From Phoronis australis (Eukaryota > Animalia > Phoronida), in NCBI GenBank assembly GCA_002633005.1, contig NMRA01001002.1, positions 1 to 64,000 of the forward strand: a stretch of DNA of 64,000 nt, in the 5' to 3' direction. How positions within the stretch are numbered: the first letter of the stretch is position 1; the number at the start of each line of letters is the position of its first letter. Both the position numbers and the translations under genes were made by a program. This document shows, one piece after another, positions 52,101-64,000 of the stretch. The notes beneath the pieces were generated by a model, which worked only from the letters and a program-made list of their open reading frames with translations, had not been told where the DNA came from and ran no database searches.

Positions 52101-52570
52101 GATTGCACTTGGGGTTAGTTTTAATGAAACTTGTTCACACCATGGAGTGTGTTGAATTTAGTGTTATTATGATTTTCAACAAAACGAAACTTTGACATTT
52201 AAAGTGATATTTTTAAGGTTGAAAACGATGGTAGGTGATTCTAGGCACTATTTCTAGCATAAAGATTGTAGTCCCCAAAATCTGATGTGTTGCCATTGTC
52301 GATAAACTTTTAGTTATCTGATACGTTTTATGTTATGCTCGTGTTTCTGAAATTTAAGTTTTCCAAAAACTTCAGTATTCTGGAACAAGTATTTTGGAAC
52401 TAACTTAAGTTTTTAAAACTTAAGATTTCGGAAAACTTAAGTTTTTGAAAAACTTAAGTTTTTATATTTTAAATTTTTGAAAAACTTAAGTCTTCTTGAA
52501 TAAAAACTTATTTTTTTCAGACCAAAAACTTAAGTTTTTCGATGAAAACTTAAGTTTATCTTTGCAAGGG
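49110..52570. mobile_element. Putative non-autonomous element bounded by arrays of palindromic AAAACTTAAGTTTT
   Basis: Motif clusters at 49110-49210 and 52345-52560. Homology to copy 1 stops and resumes at these edges. Confidence 0.5.
51521..51993. mobile_element. About 470-bp MITE, Harbinger-like
   Basis: Imperfect terminal inverted repeats GGCCCTATCACA / TATGAAAGGCCC. Internal repeats TGCGAAGTTAACTGGT and AGCGTTGACG. Confidence 0.5.
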
Positions 52571-53049
52571 TACTAAACTGATAATACTAGTAATACGATA
52601 TTGTGACCACCCAAAGTAGAACAAAAACTTAATATTTTGTAAGCGTGTATTAATAACAAAGTACATTAGAATATCATACAAAAATCAGCCAGACGTTCAG
52701 ACACCATTATCCGTAGGGGTATTATATTATATAAATGTCCGCGCGCTTAATCTTAATTGTGTACTTACATCAGTTTTGTTATATAATTTTCCCATAAAGT
52801 CGGGGCTGACACGTACATGTATCTTATCTTATGTAGAGCCAATTGAATATAATTCGAATAAGTATAATTGGAACCATCTGCTTTCATAAGATGCCGGATC
52901 TTTTCAGTATTTTCGACAGGCATGTGCCTTTCTTTGAACTAGGTGCATTACGAGCACTTTGAAGCAATTTACGTATGCATACCTAGTCAATTATTTTACC
53001 TTGTATGTACTATAACGATGCTACACAATGGCTTGGATACAAGTGGTTT

Positions 53050-53940
53050 TCCGTAGTCTTACGGCATTATAGACGGGTGTTTGTCTTCTGGTCCCATTTG
53101 AAGGCATAAATCTATTGTGAGAAGAAAATTATTCATTAAAACATTCATAATAGTGTAATTCCAGTTTTGACATCTTGCATTAGTGTACTCTTCAGGGTTA
53201 GTACCCAACTCTGAAAGTTCCTGACTTTCATTTTTAAGCATCCCTATCCAGCTTAACTCCCATCCCCAAAGTACATGAATCGCTAACCTTTTGGCTTACT
53301 AAAGTGTTGAAATTCTATTGATGTTTTAGTTGATTATTGGAAAATAACAGTGTGGGTGTTCAGGCAATCAGCGACGGCTCGGGTGAGGGTTTAGTATAGA
53401 TTTATTCAAAAAGTTGTTTTAACTTTTCATGCTCAGCTTGATGTCGACCCCTCCCAATTTGTCGTGTCCCAATTTAAAAGCCGTGGGCTGTTCGCAAGAC
53501 ACATATGGTAGAAGCCTTAAGTCTAGGTACTGTATGGTAAAACATTTTTTCAGCTTGGAGCACTGTAAAGTAATTAGTTGGTCAAGATTATACCTTTCCC
53601 TGCAAAAATTCACAATTTTGAACGCCCTCAAACTCGTAGACGCTAGCCCCTGCAGTACTCGTTTTCACTCTAAATACTTATCCACATTTTCCATTTAATG
53701 AACTTCCCATTCAGAACAATGTTGCATGTACATTTGTCACTGTCTCCACTTTTAGTTAACCCATTTCTAATTTTTTTGGTGTTTTGTTTCACACATTGTC
53801 ATAGAGCGATCATTTGCATTGGATTTGAGACATTTGAAGTAATATACTTGTGCTCATAAGGTGATGTGCTAAAGTGAGACCTGAAACATTATTAAGTAAA
53901 TGCAAATGAATCATACCGACACCACATACATGACAAAGAG
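53050..53940 (-). mobile_element. Heavily deleted Gypsy-like internal remnant
   Basis: NIVLNGKFIKW (protease-like) and RVLQGLASTSLRA...CEFLQGKV (end of RT). Confidence 0.45.
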
Positions 53941-53999
53941 ATGCACTTTATTTTTTATGACAAAATTAATAAACCAATTAATTGAAAAACGCTTGCCTT

Positions 54000-56900
54000 A
54001 AGCATTGTTTAAAAGTGATGTGGGGTTAAGTGGGAATAGAATGGTGCCTAGAATTTGTTATTTATGTAGTAAGGGCTTACTGCATGAATGTTCGGTGTCA
54101 GACGATTGACTGTGGGTTTGTTTAAAAGGTAGCTATGCTTTGAGACTGTGCGTAGATGGAGAGTGAATAATCAAATCCAGTAATTAATTTATTATATGAT
54201 AACCCCTAATTAGACAAATGAAACCTATTGTTAATTTAGTAATCAATTACAAAGAGTAACTACTCTAGCGCCCTCTTTAAAGATTACTTTAACAAACAAC
54301 CAAAATGATCAAATGTTTTATCTGCTATCCAAGTATGGACTCTCCACTTGTTGGATGTCTGTCCTGTTGGTGAATCTTCGTACTACACACACACACTGTA
54401 TAGCGACAGTGTACTTGCTGGTTACCGTCTCTTGTGATGCAACTCTTGCAGGCAATTTCTTCTACCCGCGAATCTTCTTTCTGGTCACAGTCTCTGGCTG
54501 ATCACGCAACACTTCAGGTAGTATCTTACTACCCACAAAGCAAGTGACAAGCTCTTAGTAAACTTCCTGTTCGTTAACCCTTGCCCTTGCCAAGATCTCT
54601 TCTAGAATCTTCCACGAGATGGCTCTGTCGTACAATTTCTTCTGTACACTGTAGCAGGTCTTTATGCTTTAACTACTATAGCGTATCTAATTATCTTGTT
54701 GATTTCAGCCCATAATATAACATTCTACTTACTGTATTTAGTTGGCTAATAAAAACCACATGATCATATTCACTTATATTATTGGTTGTTACAATTTGTT
54801 CTCAGAATTTTCTAGAATCTCTAGAGTTCTTTCACCCCAGAACCCAAAGTTGTAAACACCATCTGAAAATAGATTTTGACGTTAAACTACATGTCAACAA
54901 GTCTGACCCCATGATTTAAAAGTACATATGCACAAATTTTAGGCAACTTAAAATTGATCTATTCTTACTAATTACTTAATCAATATTTATTCTGACATTC
55001 GATTTTCCAGACCGCCGTCTATTAAAATGAAGTCCACATTGAATTGATAGAAGTTTAGATTAGCAATGACATCGAACAGTATTTGGTGCAACTCTGCAGC
55101 CTTTGCGCCTCGAGTTGGGTAATGGCAACTAGGGAAGCGGAATCTTGTCTATCCTGGAATGAAAATAAATGATTAAAATTATGTCAAAGTAAAGTTCCAC
55201 CAATTGTTGTGCTCATGATTTGTGTTGGTCTGTGTCTCAGTCAACATACTAAGGACGGAGATTTGGATAACTTCCGTTGCAAGTTCCTGATGAATTTCAC
55301 CTTGTTCAGTATTCTCAGGTCGTTTCCTGAAAGTAAATCACATTGACGTTACATGCATTGATAAGTTGCATATAGTCGCTTGTGTATCACATGGAATAAA
55401 CAAGTACTAATGGACATGTAAATATCTGCATACTGTCTGAAAACCAGCTTAAATTGTTGATTTTGATGTGAAGCCAACTAGCACTATTTTAAATTGCTGG
55501 GGGTGAACTATTGAATTAACTTAACAATGTGCATGTTAGAGAATGAATCTGTAGGAATCGGTGTCAAACAATGTATAACAAGCGCTAGTAAACTGAGCTG
55601 GTGTCCCTGTATTATAATTGTTTAATGGTAATTTTTTACCAATCTCTGCAGTATCAATCCAGCCAACAAGTTCAAGAATGCCATTCTTCATGTTCAGCAC
55701 CAATTCTTCTTGGATTTTTATCTCATCATGAACAATTCCTCCCAGGCTTTGGCAGGTTTGCTTCTATAGCAGCTCGATGTATCCAAAGAAGCGTCTCGGT
55801 GTGCACGCCTGACTCTTGATTTAATATCTTTTGTATTCGTGTTGGGTGTCATCCTAAAGGCAACACCAAAGCCCACTTGATCTCAAGCTCTCGTTTGACG
55901 CTTTACTCTTAATGTACATGCTCCATCGATATCCATGTCTTGACTTGGCACGTACAGAAGTGCTATTTGCTGAATTTGCACTAACACCTTCATTTAGTCA
56001 TCATTAGTCGACTCGATGCATCTTTCGAAGATCTCAAATAGCAAACATTCTCCTTCTTTCACATTTCTAAATTTTAGCACCCCATGTTTGCTTTTTAGTG
56101 CCAGTGTTATAACAAGACACTATTGTGAGCAGGAATTATGAAAACAGGTATAAAATTGTGGAAATGTTGATATTCATAATTTAGCGAACAAACTCATTGG
56201 ACTATTCAATTGATATTCAAATAGCTGTCTGAGATCAGCTCTGTCATTTTATTCTATAGCAATCTCTATGTTTCGTCTTCTTCATTTTGTCGCCTTTGTA
56301 CATCTGCATTTGTCTTGTAGATGTTCTTGGTGTGGCACTTTCTGGAGCTGTTTTGCAAACAAGGTATATCACCTTCACACTTTTCAGACCTAAACAACCC
56401 TTCCTTGTTCCCTTGAACTTTTATGATTGTTTCCCTTATATTCTGGCGTAATTCTCTCAAATGTATTTTATCAAACCCACAGCAAATATTCATAGCATTC
56501 TCGATGCGAGTAATCTCTTTAACTGTGTGTCAACACCCAGGGACTCCAGGTCAACTTTGGAAGTTCCCACATTTAATTCCCATTTGTCGTTGCTGAAAGT
56601 TAATGTCTATAAAACCAAATTTCCATCCTGATATATGTTTGTTGGAAAACTGGATGTTGTTGTGTCTGTGACAATTGCAGTTGGTGGAAAACACCTCAAT
56701 TGGACTTCATAACATTTCTTCCCTATGATTTTCTTTGACAAGCAATTGAACCCCTTTAAGTATTTTTGGTATTTTTCCTTTTTTCCTTTGTCACAACAGG
56801 AAATAAATGCGCTGGCATTTTACCCAAAGAGTAGGCACTAAGTTCTCTTGCAGTGTCGCTGGTTTTCACCAATGCTCCTGGTTGTTCTTGAAGGTTGTCG
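54000..56900 (-). pseudogene. P-element-like (THAP9-related) transposase remnant, multi-exon
   Basis: Exons in order: GLFRSEKC; LNQESG..ETLLWIHRAA...GGIVHDEIKIQEEL...LVGWID; ELATEVIQ; RFRFPSCHYPTRGAKAAELH...VDFILIDGGLENR, continuing as TFMQ past the LTR. GT-AG boundaries visible. Confidence 0.8.
54096..54997 (-). mobile_element. Solo LTR (902 bp)
   Basis: TGTCAGA...TCTGACA inverted termini, 5-bp target duplication TTCGG/TTCGA, AATAAA on the minus strand near 54190. Removing it restores ENRTFMQ in the transposase. Confidence 0.85.
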
Positions 56901-56944
56901 GCTAGCCTGCATCATCAAATAACCATATGTCATTGTCATTGTTC

Positions 56945-57480
56945 ACAGGTGATGCTAAAGTCTACATGAGCGAGGACTTGGGCGACGATGCAGCGTTAGA
57001 AATAACTCACCGGCTGCTGAACAGCTTTACTTTAAAGTGGACCCTCCTGCTGTACTACAAATAAATCTCACCAATAAGCTCGTTAACGGCAGCATGGGCT
57101 ATGTTACTGAGTTACACGATGATAATGTCCTCGTCATCTTTGCTGGACAGATAATTAAAGTTCAGAAACATCTGTTCAATATGTTCTCTCCCATTGAAAA
57201 AATGGGTGTTACTACAAGATGGCAGGTGCCATTAAAGCTGGCGTTGGTGTTCACAGTTAATAAAGTGCAAGAATTGACATTTTAAAGAATTGAAATAGAA
57301 TGTAGAAATATTTTTTATGCAGGCCAGTTAGATGTCGGGGTAAGAAGAGCTAAGAATAAAGCAGGCCTTAGAATTGTGGACTTCAAAGTAGGGTGTGTAC
57401 AGAGACGGCCAGATTATATTACAGATTTTTACAATTCTTGGTCGGTTGATGTAAATGAGTGCTGTAAGAAGATTGTTAGC
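56945..57480 (+). pseudogene. PIF1-family (SF1B) helicase C-terminal fragment
   Basis: LQINLTNKLVNGSMGYV...RWQVPLKLALVFTVNKVQELTF*...FYAGQLDVGVRRAKNKAGL matches degenerate PIF1 motifs IV-VI. Confidence 0.85.
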
Positions 57481-58379
57481 TACAGTAGTTATCAGGGTGA
57501 TTCAGACGTTACTGACGTTGAACTTGAGGCAGCTTTTCTGATGGTTCAGTAAGTGATACCGACTTTAGCCAACTTAAACGTGTCTTATATTCAGTTTGTG
57601 TGTTTACTTCTTTGACAACATTGCTCACCTGTACGCGCTGCATCGTACAATATAAGCAGCACTCAGCCTCGTCTCCAAGCCTCAAGATGGTGCCTATCAT
57701 TTGAGCCATTCCAGGCTTGGTAATGGGAAATAAAATGTGTCAGAATTTTTGCTGAAATTTTAGGAATATAAAAAGCAATTTTGAAACTTTCTGCAGTTTA
57801 ATATAAAAATAAAAACCAGCGGTGTATGGCAGCAATTAAGGAGTAGAATTTTGGAAAATGATGTATTTTGATTCGAAAACAGATTAATACTGTTCATTAA
57901 TAAGAATTGAAAATATGTATGTTATTTCAGAGAGTATCTTAACTAATGCATTTTCTGGCATGAATGGTTGCAATGTGAAAATAATTACAATCTGCTTTTG
58001 TTCAATGACGTCAAGGCATCGGTCTATCACTGCTCAGACAGTAATTCCCATAACCAAACCTCCAACGGCTAAACCGATCAGCGCCATTTTGGGACTTGGT
58101 AACGAAGTTGAAAAGGTCACATCGGTGTCAATTGTATGTAAACACAGAGCCCTCAAGAGCTTTTTGTAACATATTGCGAAGATTTTTTGGAATCTTAAAA
58201 TGGTAACGAAATAGACATTTGGCCAAAAATGGAATGAATGAAAAGTCACTTCTAAAAATATTTATTACAAGAAAGTGAAGTCCTATAACCAGCTGCAATA
58301 CTTGTGTTAACAAAGGATTAAACATTTGACCGAATGACGTCATGATGGCGGGAAGGTTAAATTTCTGACACTCCCGAAG

Positions 58380-61300
58380 TGTCCCCGCTAATTATGCAGA
58401 AATATCTAATCTGACGGGATAAACGTCTTCAGATCAGCTACACACGAGTGGTAAAACTAAGGAGAACACAAAACAAGGTAGGAAACATGTGCCTAGTAAG
58501 GACACTGAGGAACTTCGAAAATCATCTTGTTTAAAATCACTGAAGCAGCCTACAATGGAAGCCATTTTGACCAAGGAAAAGCAGGTCAACGACAAAGCGT
58601 CAAAGCTTTCACTGAAAGATTGCCTCAAGGAAGTCTTAATGGACGGCGAAATCCAATCTATGTTCAGATGTCTACTGAAACCTTTAATAGAGGATATGAG
58701 GGATGAGATTTACAAGGCCTTAGAGTTGGAATACGATAAAAGGCTGGAAGAAAATGACAAAAAATAAACTCCCTGGAAAACCAACTTTCGGAATTCAAAG
58801 AAGTGATCGAGCGACGAGCACAAAAATTTGTCAATGAAATGGACGAACTTCAACAGTACAGCCTGCAGAGACCTGGGTGCCAGTGTGTAAGGTTTCTGGA
58901 CATTCGACGACCGTGTATGCTACAAAGAATGGGGTGGTGTTATAAAGCCAGTAAATAGTCTACGGGATTTGTCAGGAATTTAAATAACAAGCCATAGGTG
59001 TAAGTAGACACGTGCTACTCCACTGTGACGCATATCGTGAGTAGTAAACTAGTAACATTACTTTCAGAATTTATATCTCCCTCTGCCTCTCTGAGAGTGT
59101 TGTGTAAAGCGTTGGGTGTAACCCCCTTTGTTTACTTCCGGTACACATGTATACATGTACAATTATGGTGGTATATGTATGTGCGGTTAAGTATGTGTTG
59201 CACTGATCCCCTTTCAGATCACCTAGCGACGTTTGGTGCGGCCGGTTACTAGTGGCTCATTATTTCTGGAGTCTCTTCTTTTTCTTCTATTGTGACGGAT
59301 GAGACCACTTGCTGCGAGTGCGAGACGTACGTTCTGAGTTTAGAAGAGCCCAGCAAGAGCGTAGGGAAAATCAACATGGGATTATTCCACTACTTTGTAT
59401 AGTTTCCTAGCATTTTTTCTCACTTGTGTTTAGTCTTAGCGACTAAATCTTCAATTGACCGTGGCTTGGATTCACCGTGTAGCACGATTCCCGTTGAGTA
59501 CTTATATACTACTGTACGAAGTACAGTCGTGATAGCCCTTTGCTGGTATTATGTGTAGATAACCCTGGTGTGTTTATGTTGTGGATCGTGCTGCGGGCTG
59601 AGATTGAGTCATTGAAATGTGATTGTGTCCCTTTGGAATTCAGTTAGGGGAACTGGCCAGAGTTGCGTCATGATTGTTTATATAGTTTTATATCATTTTA
59701 TTACATGTGCACATATATTGTCAACAAATATTGCCACTGCATTTGACTTGCACATGATCATTTTTATTTCATTATTTCCTCTCATAGTTGTTGGTGTCGG
59801 TACAGTGATTTCATTTACTCAGGTTTTAGTCAAGGAAATTAGCACGACTTAGTATCAACTGGATTAAGGTTAGCTTTGCCTCAATGACTTGTAGAGGTCT
59901 AGGAGATCAAACAAAGCGTAGAGATGTGTTCCACTTTCTAAGAGAAAAAAGTTTTGTATTTACCGCCTCCACGACACTCACTTCACCAAAGAAGAAACGA
60001 ACTTAGTTCGTTCAACCTGGAGTTATAATATATTGATGAGCCCAGGAACATGAGACTCGCGTGGTGTGTGCATTCTTCTTAATAATAACTTAGAATTTGA
60101 AGTCAAGTCCAAAAAATAGATTCGGATGATAATCTGGTTGCCACGGAAGTCTTAATTGAAAACCATTATCTAGTATCTCTGATAAATTTTTACGGTCCAA
60201 ACAGAGACAAACCAGATTTTTACAAAAATGTTGAGAAAATTATTTCAGATTTTAAGCCTGAATTCGTAATTGTATGTGGTGATTGGAATCTTGTACAAAG
60301 TTATGACAACGACTGTCAATGCTTCTAATGAAGTCCTCAACCTAAAGAGTAAACTTAACCTTGTCGACCCATGGACAGGATACAATCCAGACAAAAAGTT
60401 TTTTACCTGGACACGAAGGAATCCAGTACAAACGGCCCGATTGGACTTCTTTTTAATTTTTGAAGAACTGCTTTCACTTACAGATGACGTCAAAATTCTG
60501 CCTGGCTATAGAACAGATCATTCTCTTCTCTCCCTCTCGTTGAAAAACCCAAAAGTTGTGAGGGGTCGAGGTATTTGGCACTTTAACAATTACCTTCTCA
60601 GATACAGAGAATACATCGATACAGTTAAGGAGGTAATTGAGAACACAGTAATGGACTATACGCCTTCAGGCAATGCACATTCCTCCGACATAGATGACTG
60701 TCTTATCCTACAAGTTATTCTCATGAATATCAGGTCACGTACTCTTTCCTATAGTTGTCACAAAATGAAGAATCATGAGAAGCGGAAAAAAGAGATTGAA
60801 TCCCTCACCAGTTTCATTACTTCTCAAAACCAAAATAGCCCATCAGCTGAATTGGACAGAAGACTGTCTGATCTGCAGGATGAGCTTGAGTCAATGAGAG
60901 CGAAAGAAATGAAAGGTGTGATGGTAAGATCAAAGGCTAAGCGGGTGGAGGCTGGTGAGAAACCTACTAAGTATTTTTGTAATCTGGAAAAATGTACCTT
61001 TATCAATAAGAATGTTGCTAAATTGGTAACCTTGAGTGGTGAAACAATTGATGATCAAAAAGAACTTTTGAAAGAAATAAGTCAAGTTTATGAAGAACTG
61101 TATTCGTGTAAAGACGGAATACTAGACGAAGTCAATTTGAATGAAGTCTTACCGAGCACGAAAATTCCTAAATTAAGTGAAGCTGAAAGCAACTCACTCG
61201 AATCAGGAATCTCAGAACAGGAGGTGCTTAATTCATTGAAGCACATGAAAAATAATAAAAGTCCAGGTCCGGACGGTTTCACCACGGAATTTTATATTTT

Positions 61301-63390
61301 TTTCTTGAACAACCTAGTGAAGTATCTTACTAAAGCCTACAATCGCAGTTTCAGAAGAGGCTTCCTTCCAAACTCCCAACTGCAGGGAATTATTTCCATA
61401 ATACCCAAATGGAATAAATCGAGTGATAATATAAAAAATCGGAGGCCTATCTCTCTCTTAAATATCAGTAACAAATTTTTATCGTCCTGTATTTCCCAAA
61501 GAGTTCGTTCTGTAAGGTAAAAGTTAATACACCTTGACCAAAAGGGTTTTCTCTCTGGGCGTTTCATAGCAGAAAATACAAGGCAGACTTACGACTTGAT
61601 GCAGTATACAGTGCAGTTTAATAAACCGGGCTTCCTTGTACTGGTGGGCTTTGAAAAAGCGTTTGACTCCTTATCTTGGTCTTTTATTGACAATGTCTTA
61701 AATTTCATTATTTTTGGTCACTCAATGAAAAATGGGTCCATATACTAAACAGAGGGTCAAACCAATGTGTTATACAAAACGGTGTCACATCTAACTTTTT
61801 CGACAGAGGGCGTGGTTGCAGGCAAGGTGATCCGTTATCGCCATACCTTTTTATTCTATGTGCAGACATTATGGGCTGGCTCTTTACACTAGACAATAGC
61901 GTTAAGGGCATCCAGGTCGGATCGGTGGAATACAAACTGATGCAGTATGCAGATGATACAGTTAAATCTTTAGATGGCTCGGAGCAGTCTCTGCGGAAAA
62001 CATTTCAAATTTTAAACCATTTTGCAAAATATTCTGGTCTAAAGCCTAATCTGGAAAAAGCAATTTGTATTTGGATAGGTTCTATGAAGGGTAGCTATCA
62101 GAAATGTGCTGTGACGTAAAACTGAAATGGGCAACATTGGAATTCACTTTACTGGGTACTCAATTCTCCAGTGATTTATATAAAATTCCCGACATTAATT
62201 TTAACAGCAAGCTTGGTGAGATAGAGAAGGCTATTGACATCTGGGGAAAAAGAAACTTGACACTTTTTGAAAAAATAGCAGTTGTGAAATCAATAAGTAT
62301 GCCAAAACTTATTCATCTTTTTACAAGTCTCCCGTCACCTTCACAGGCCTTGCTGAAGCAGCTTAACAAAATGTTCTACTGTTTTATATGGAAGGGTAAA
62401 ACGGAAAAAAATATTTCTTAAAATTATGGGTCAAGAGTACAATGTTAGTGGAGCTAGAATGATTGACGTCAGCTCCTTTATGAAAGCCATTAAACTAATT
62501 CGGTCCATGGCCAGTTTTAGCAAAAGGTCTGCTATCAAGAGTTTCAGAGAATTACTTAATGTTCGGGGATTTCTATTTTTCAAAGGTGTCCCAAATGGCT
62601 TCTAATGTAATTTGGAAAGAGGTCTTTCATTGTGTCCATGAATTTAGATTCTTAGTTCCCGAAAACGATGGTATTTATCAGCCTCTATGGTTTTATTCGA
62701 ATATACTGATACATGTAGATAACAAACATGTTTTCTGTAAACGGTGGTTTCAAAAAGGCATAACTCATGTACATGGCTAACTTAATTCTTATGGTTGCTA
62801 CCTTAATTATGAGGAGTTTACGCAGAAATTTGACTTTACCCCTCAAGTAACTTTATTTTACGGTCTACGAAGCTCATTATATGCTAGCTGGAGTCATCTC
62901 AGAGAGAGAACGCATCAAGTAATTTGACAGCGTCGTCCACGATACATTGGAGTTATTTTGGGAGATGTCAAAGGAGTAGATAAAATTTACCACGTTATTG
63001 TCTCTCAGAATTGTGGAAAAACAAAGTCAAATCAAGTGAACGGAAAATACAACATTTATAAACAAAGATTGAAGTGCAAACATCCGTGCCTTGCAATGTT
63101 TAAAAAGGAAGTTGTTTTCTACATTTCTACAGAACGGTTTATATATATATATAAACAAAATGGAGTATTGTGAATTTATAGAGCGCTTGAAATGCCTTGA
63201 CCTTCTTTGCGTTGTCTAATGAATCCTAGCCTCTATTGTGTTTATCTTTCCTCCTTTGCCAAATTACATTTGTACGTATTAGCACTGTAAGTTAAAACCT
63301 TAACTGTTCGTTGACTAAAATAAAAACATCTGTAATTGTGTGATCTGTACTGCACCTATTATATTGAATAAAATTCTAAGAAACAAGATT
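58380..63390 (+). mobile_element. Decayed L1/Tx1-clade LINE (truncated ORF1, long spacer, ORF2 about 59860-63170)
   Basis: Coiled-coil ORF1 ending MDELQQYS. ORF2: CRGLGD, FYGPN, ARLDFFL, TDHS, GEKPTKYF, KSPGPDGF, RPISLLN, GCRQGDPLSPYLF, QYADD. AATAAA near 63367. Confidence 0.95.
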
Positions 63391-63799
63391 AAACATTTTA
63401 TATCTTACAGATTATGCATTTCAAATAAGTTTCGACTTGGAATGGTATACAGTGACTTTAGGTAATTCTTATTACCCATAACTTATCTGAGGAATGTATA
63501 CGGAAGTCTGTTAGTATGTACTCTGTGATACTAAGCAGGCGTTGTTATATTTCAGGGATTGTAATGCTAATGCAAGCTTTATAATCAAAGAGATAGGCAC
63601 CGGGTTCCGAAACGCTAACGCCAGGGAGGGAGGATGTAGACTGAGTGAAACTGCCAGTCCAATAACAAGCCCGAGATAGTTTTTAAGAAATTATTAGTTG
63701 ATTAGTTTTTAGTTATAAAATGCATCATTTATTGTAAGTATTCTACCATAGAAGTTTCATATTTATCAAACCGTTAAAGAAAAGGATTCTTTTCTTTCT

Positions 63800-64000
63800 T
63801 TAAGTCACAGATGCACATGCAATATGATTGAAATGACCAACAAAGCGACCGTTGTAGGAGTTGAAAACCTGAAATACTGTTGTTATATCCACAAATATCC
63901 CTGCATTGCGCATGTAAAGGCAACCCACTGCACTTTCGCCTATGTAATTAGTATACTGTCTTAATATGAGCCCTTCATGGGACCTGTACAGAGCCAACAC
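63800..64000 (-). CDS. Possible terminal coding exon of an unidentified gene extending beyond the window
   Basis: Frame is open from the window edge to a TAA, followed by AT-rich sequence with AATAAA on the minus strand near 63730. No family recognised. Confidence 0.3.
   Translation of the reverse strand: MLALYRSHEGLILRQYTNYIGESAVGCLYMRNAGIFVDITTVFQVFNSYNGRFVGHFNHIACASVT

Larger units (their letters stand above)
41810..53010. repeat. Segmental duplication copy 2, collinear with 4156-12000
   Basis: Same blocks as copy 1, lengthened by MITEs and a 3.4-kb segment at 49120-52570. Confidence 0.9.

Noticed and set aside
52345-52560. CRISPR-like array
   Set aside because: Irregular spacing, very short low-complexity spacers, eukaryotic context and no cas genes.
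60270-61520. Longest ORF (416 aa) as a host gene
   Set aside because: It is an internal piece of the frameshifted Tx1 ORF2.

Overview
AT-rich, intron-containing eukaryotic DNA that looks like a marine invertebrate (an inference from the repeat families). It is not prokaryotic, and no intact long host ORF is visible. Most of the window is decayed, often nested mobile DNA: an RTE-X-like LINE split by a THAP-bearing Kolobok element, an L1/Tx1 LINE, an internally deleted AcademX element inside two MITEs, AcademH-like transposase and RecQ helicase remnants, a tentative Sola3-like element, a P-element-like transposase next to a PIF1 helicase fragment and split by a solo LTR, plus CR1, Gypsy and Crypton-like fragments. 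Between these lies an old collinear duplication (about 4.15-12.0 kb versus 41.8-53.0 kb, with a third partial copy at 13.06-18.35 kb). It carries two paralogous minus-strand spliced genes that the ORF track misses. Each has a candidate non-coding first exon, an 82-nt coding stretch for a signal peptide (MKC..VFILLMLAVGCLQA) and a 55/61-nt third exon, consistent with a small secreted peptide or prepropeptide family. Family assignments come from recognising motifs by eye; no database search was run.
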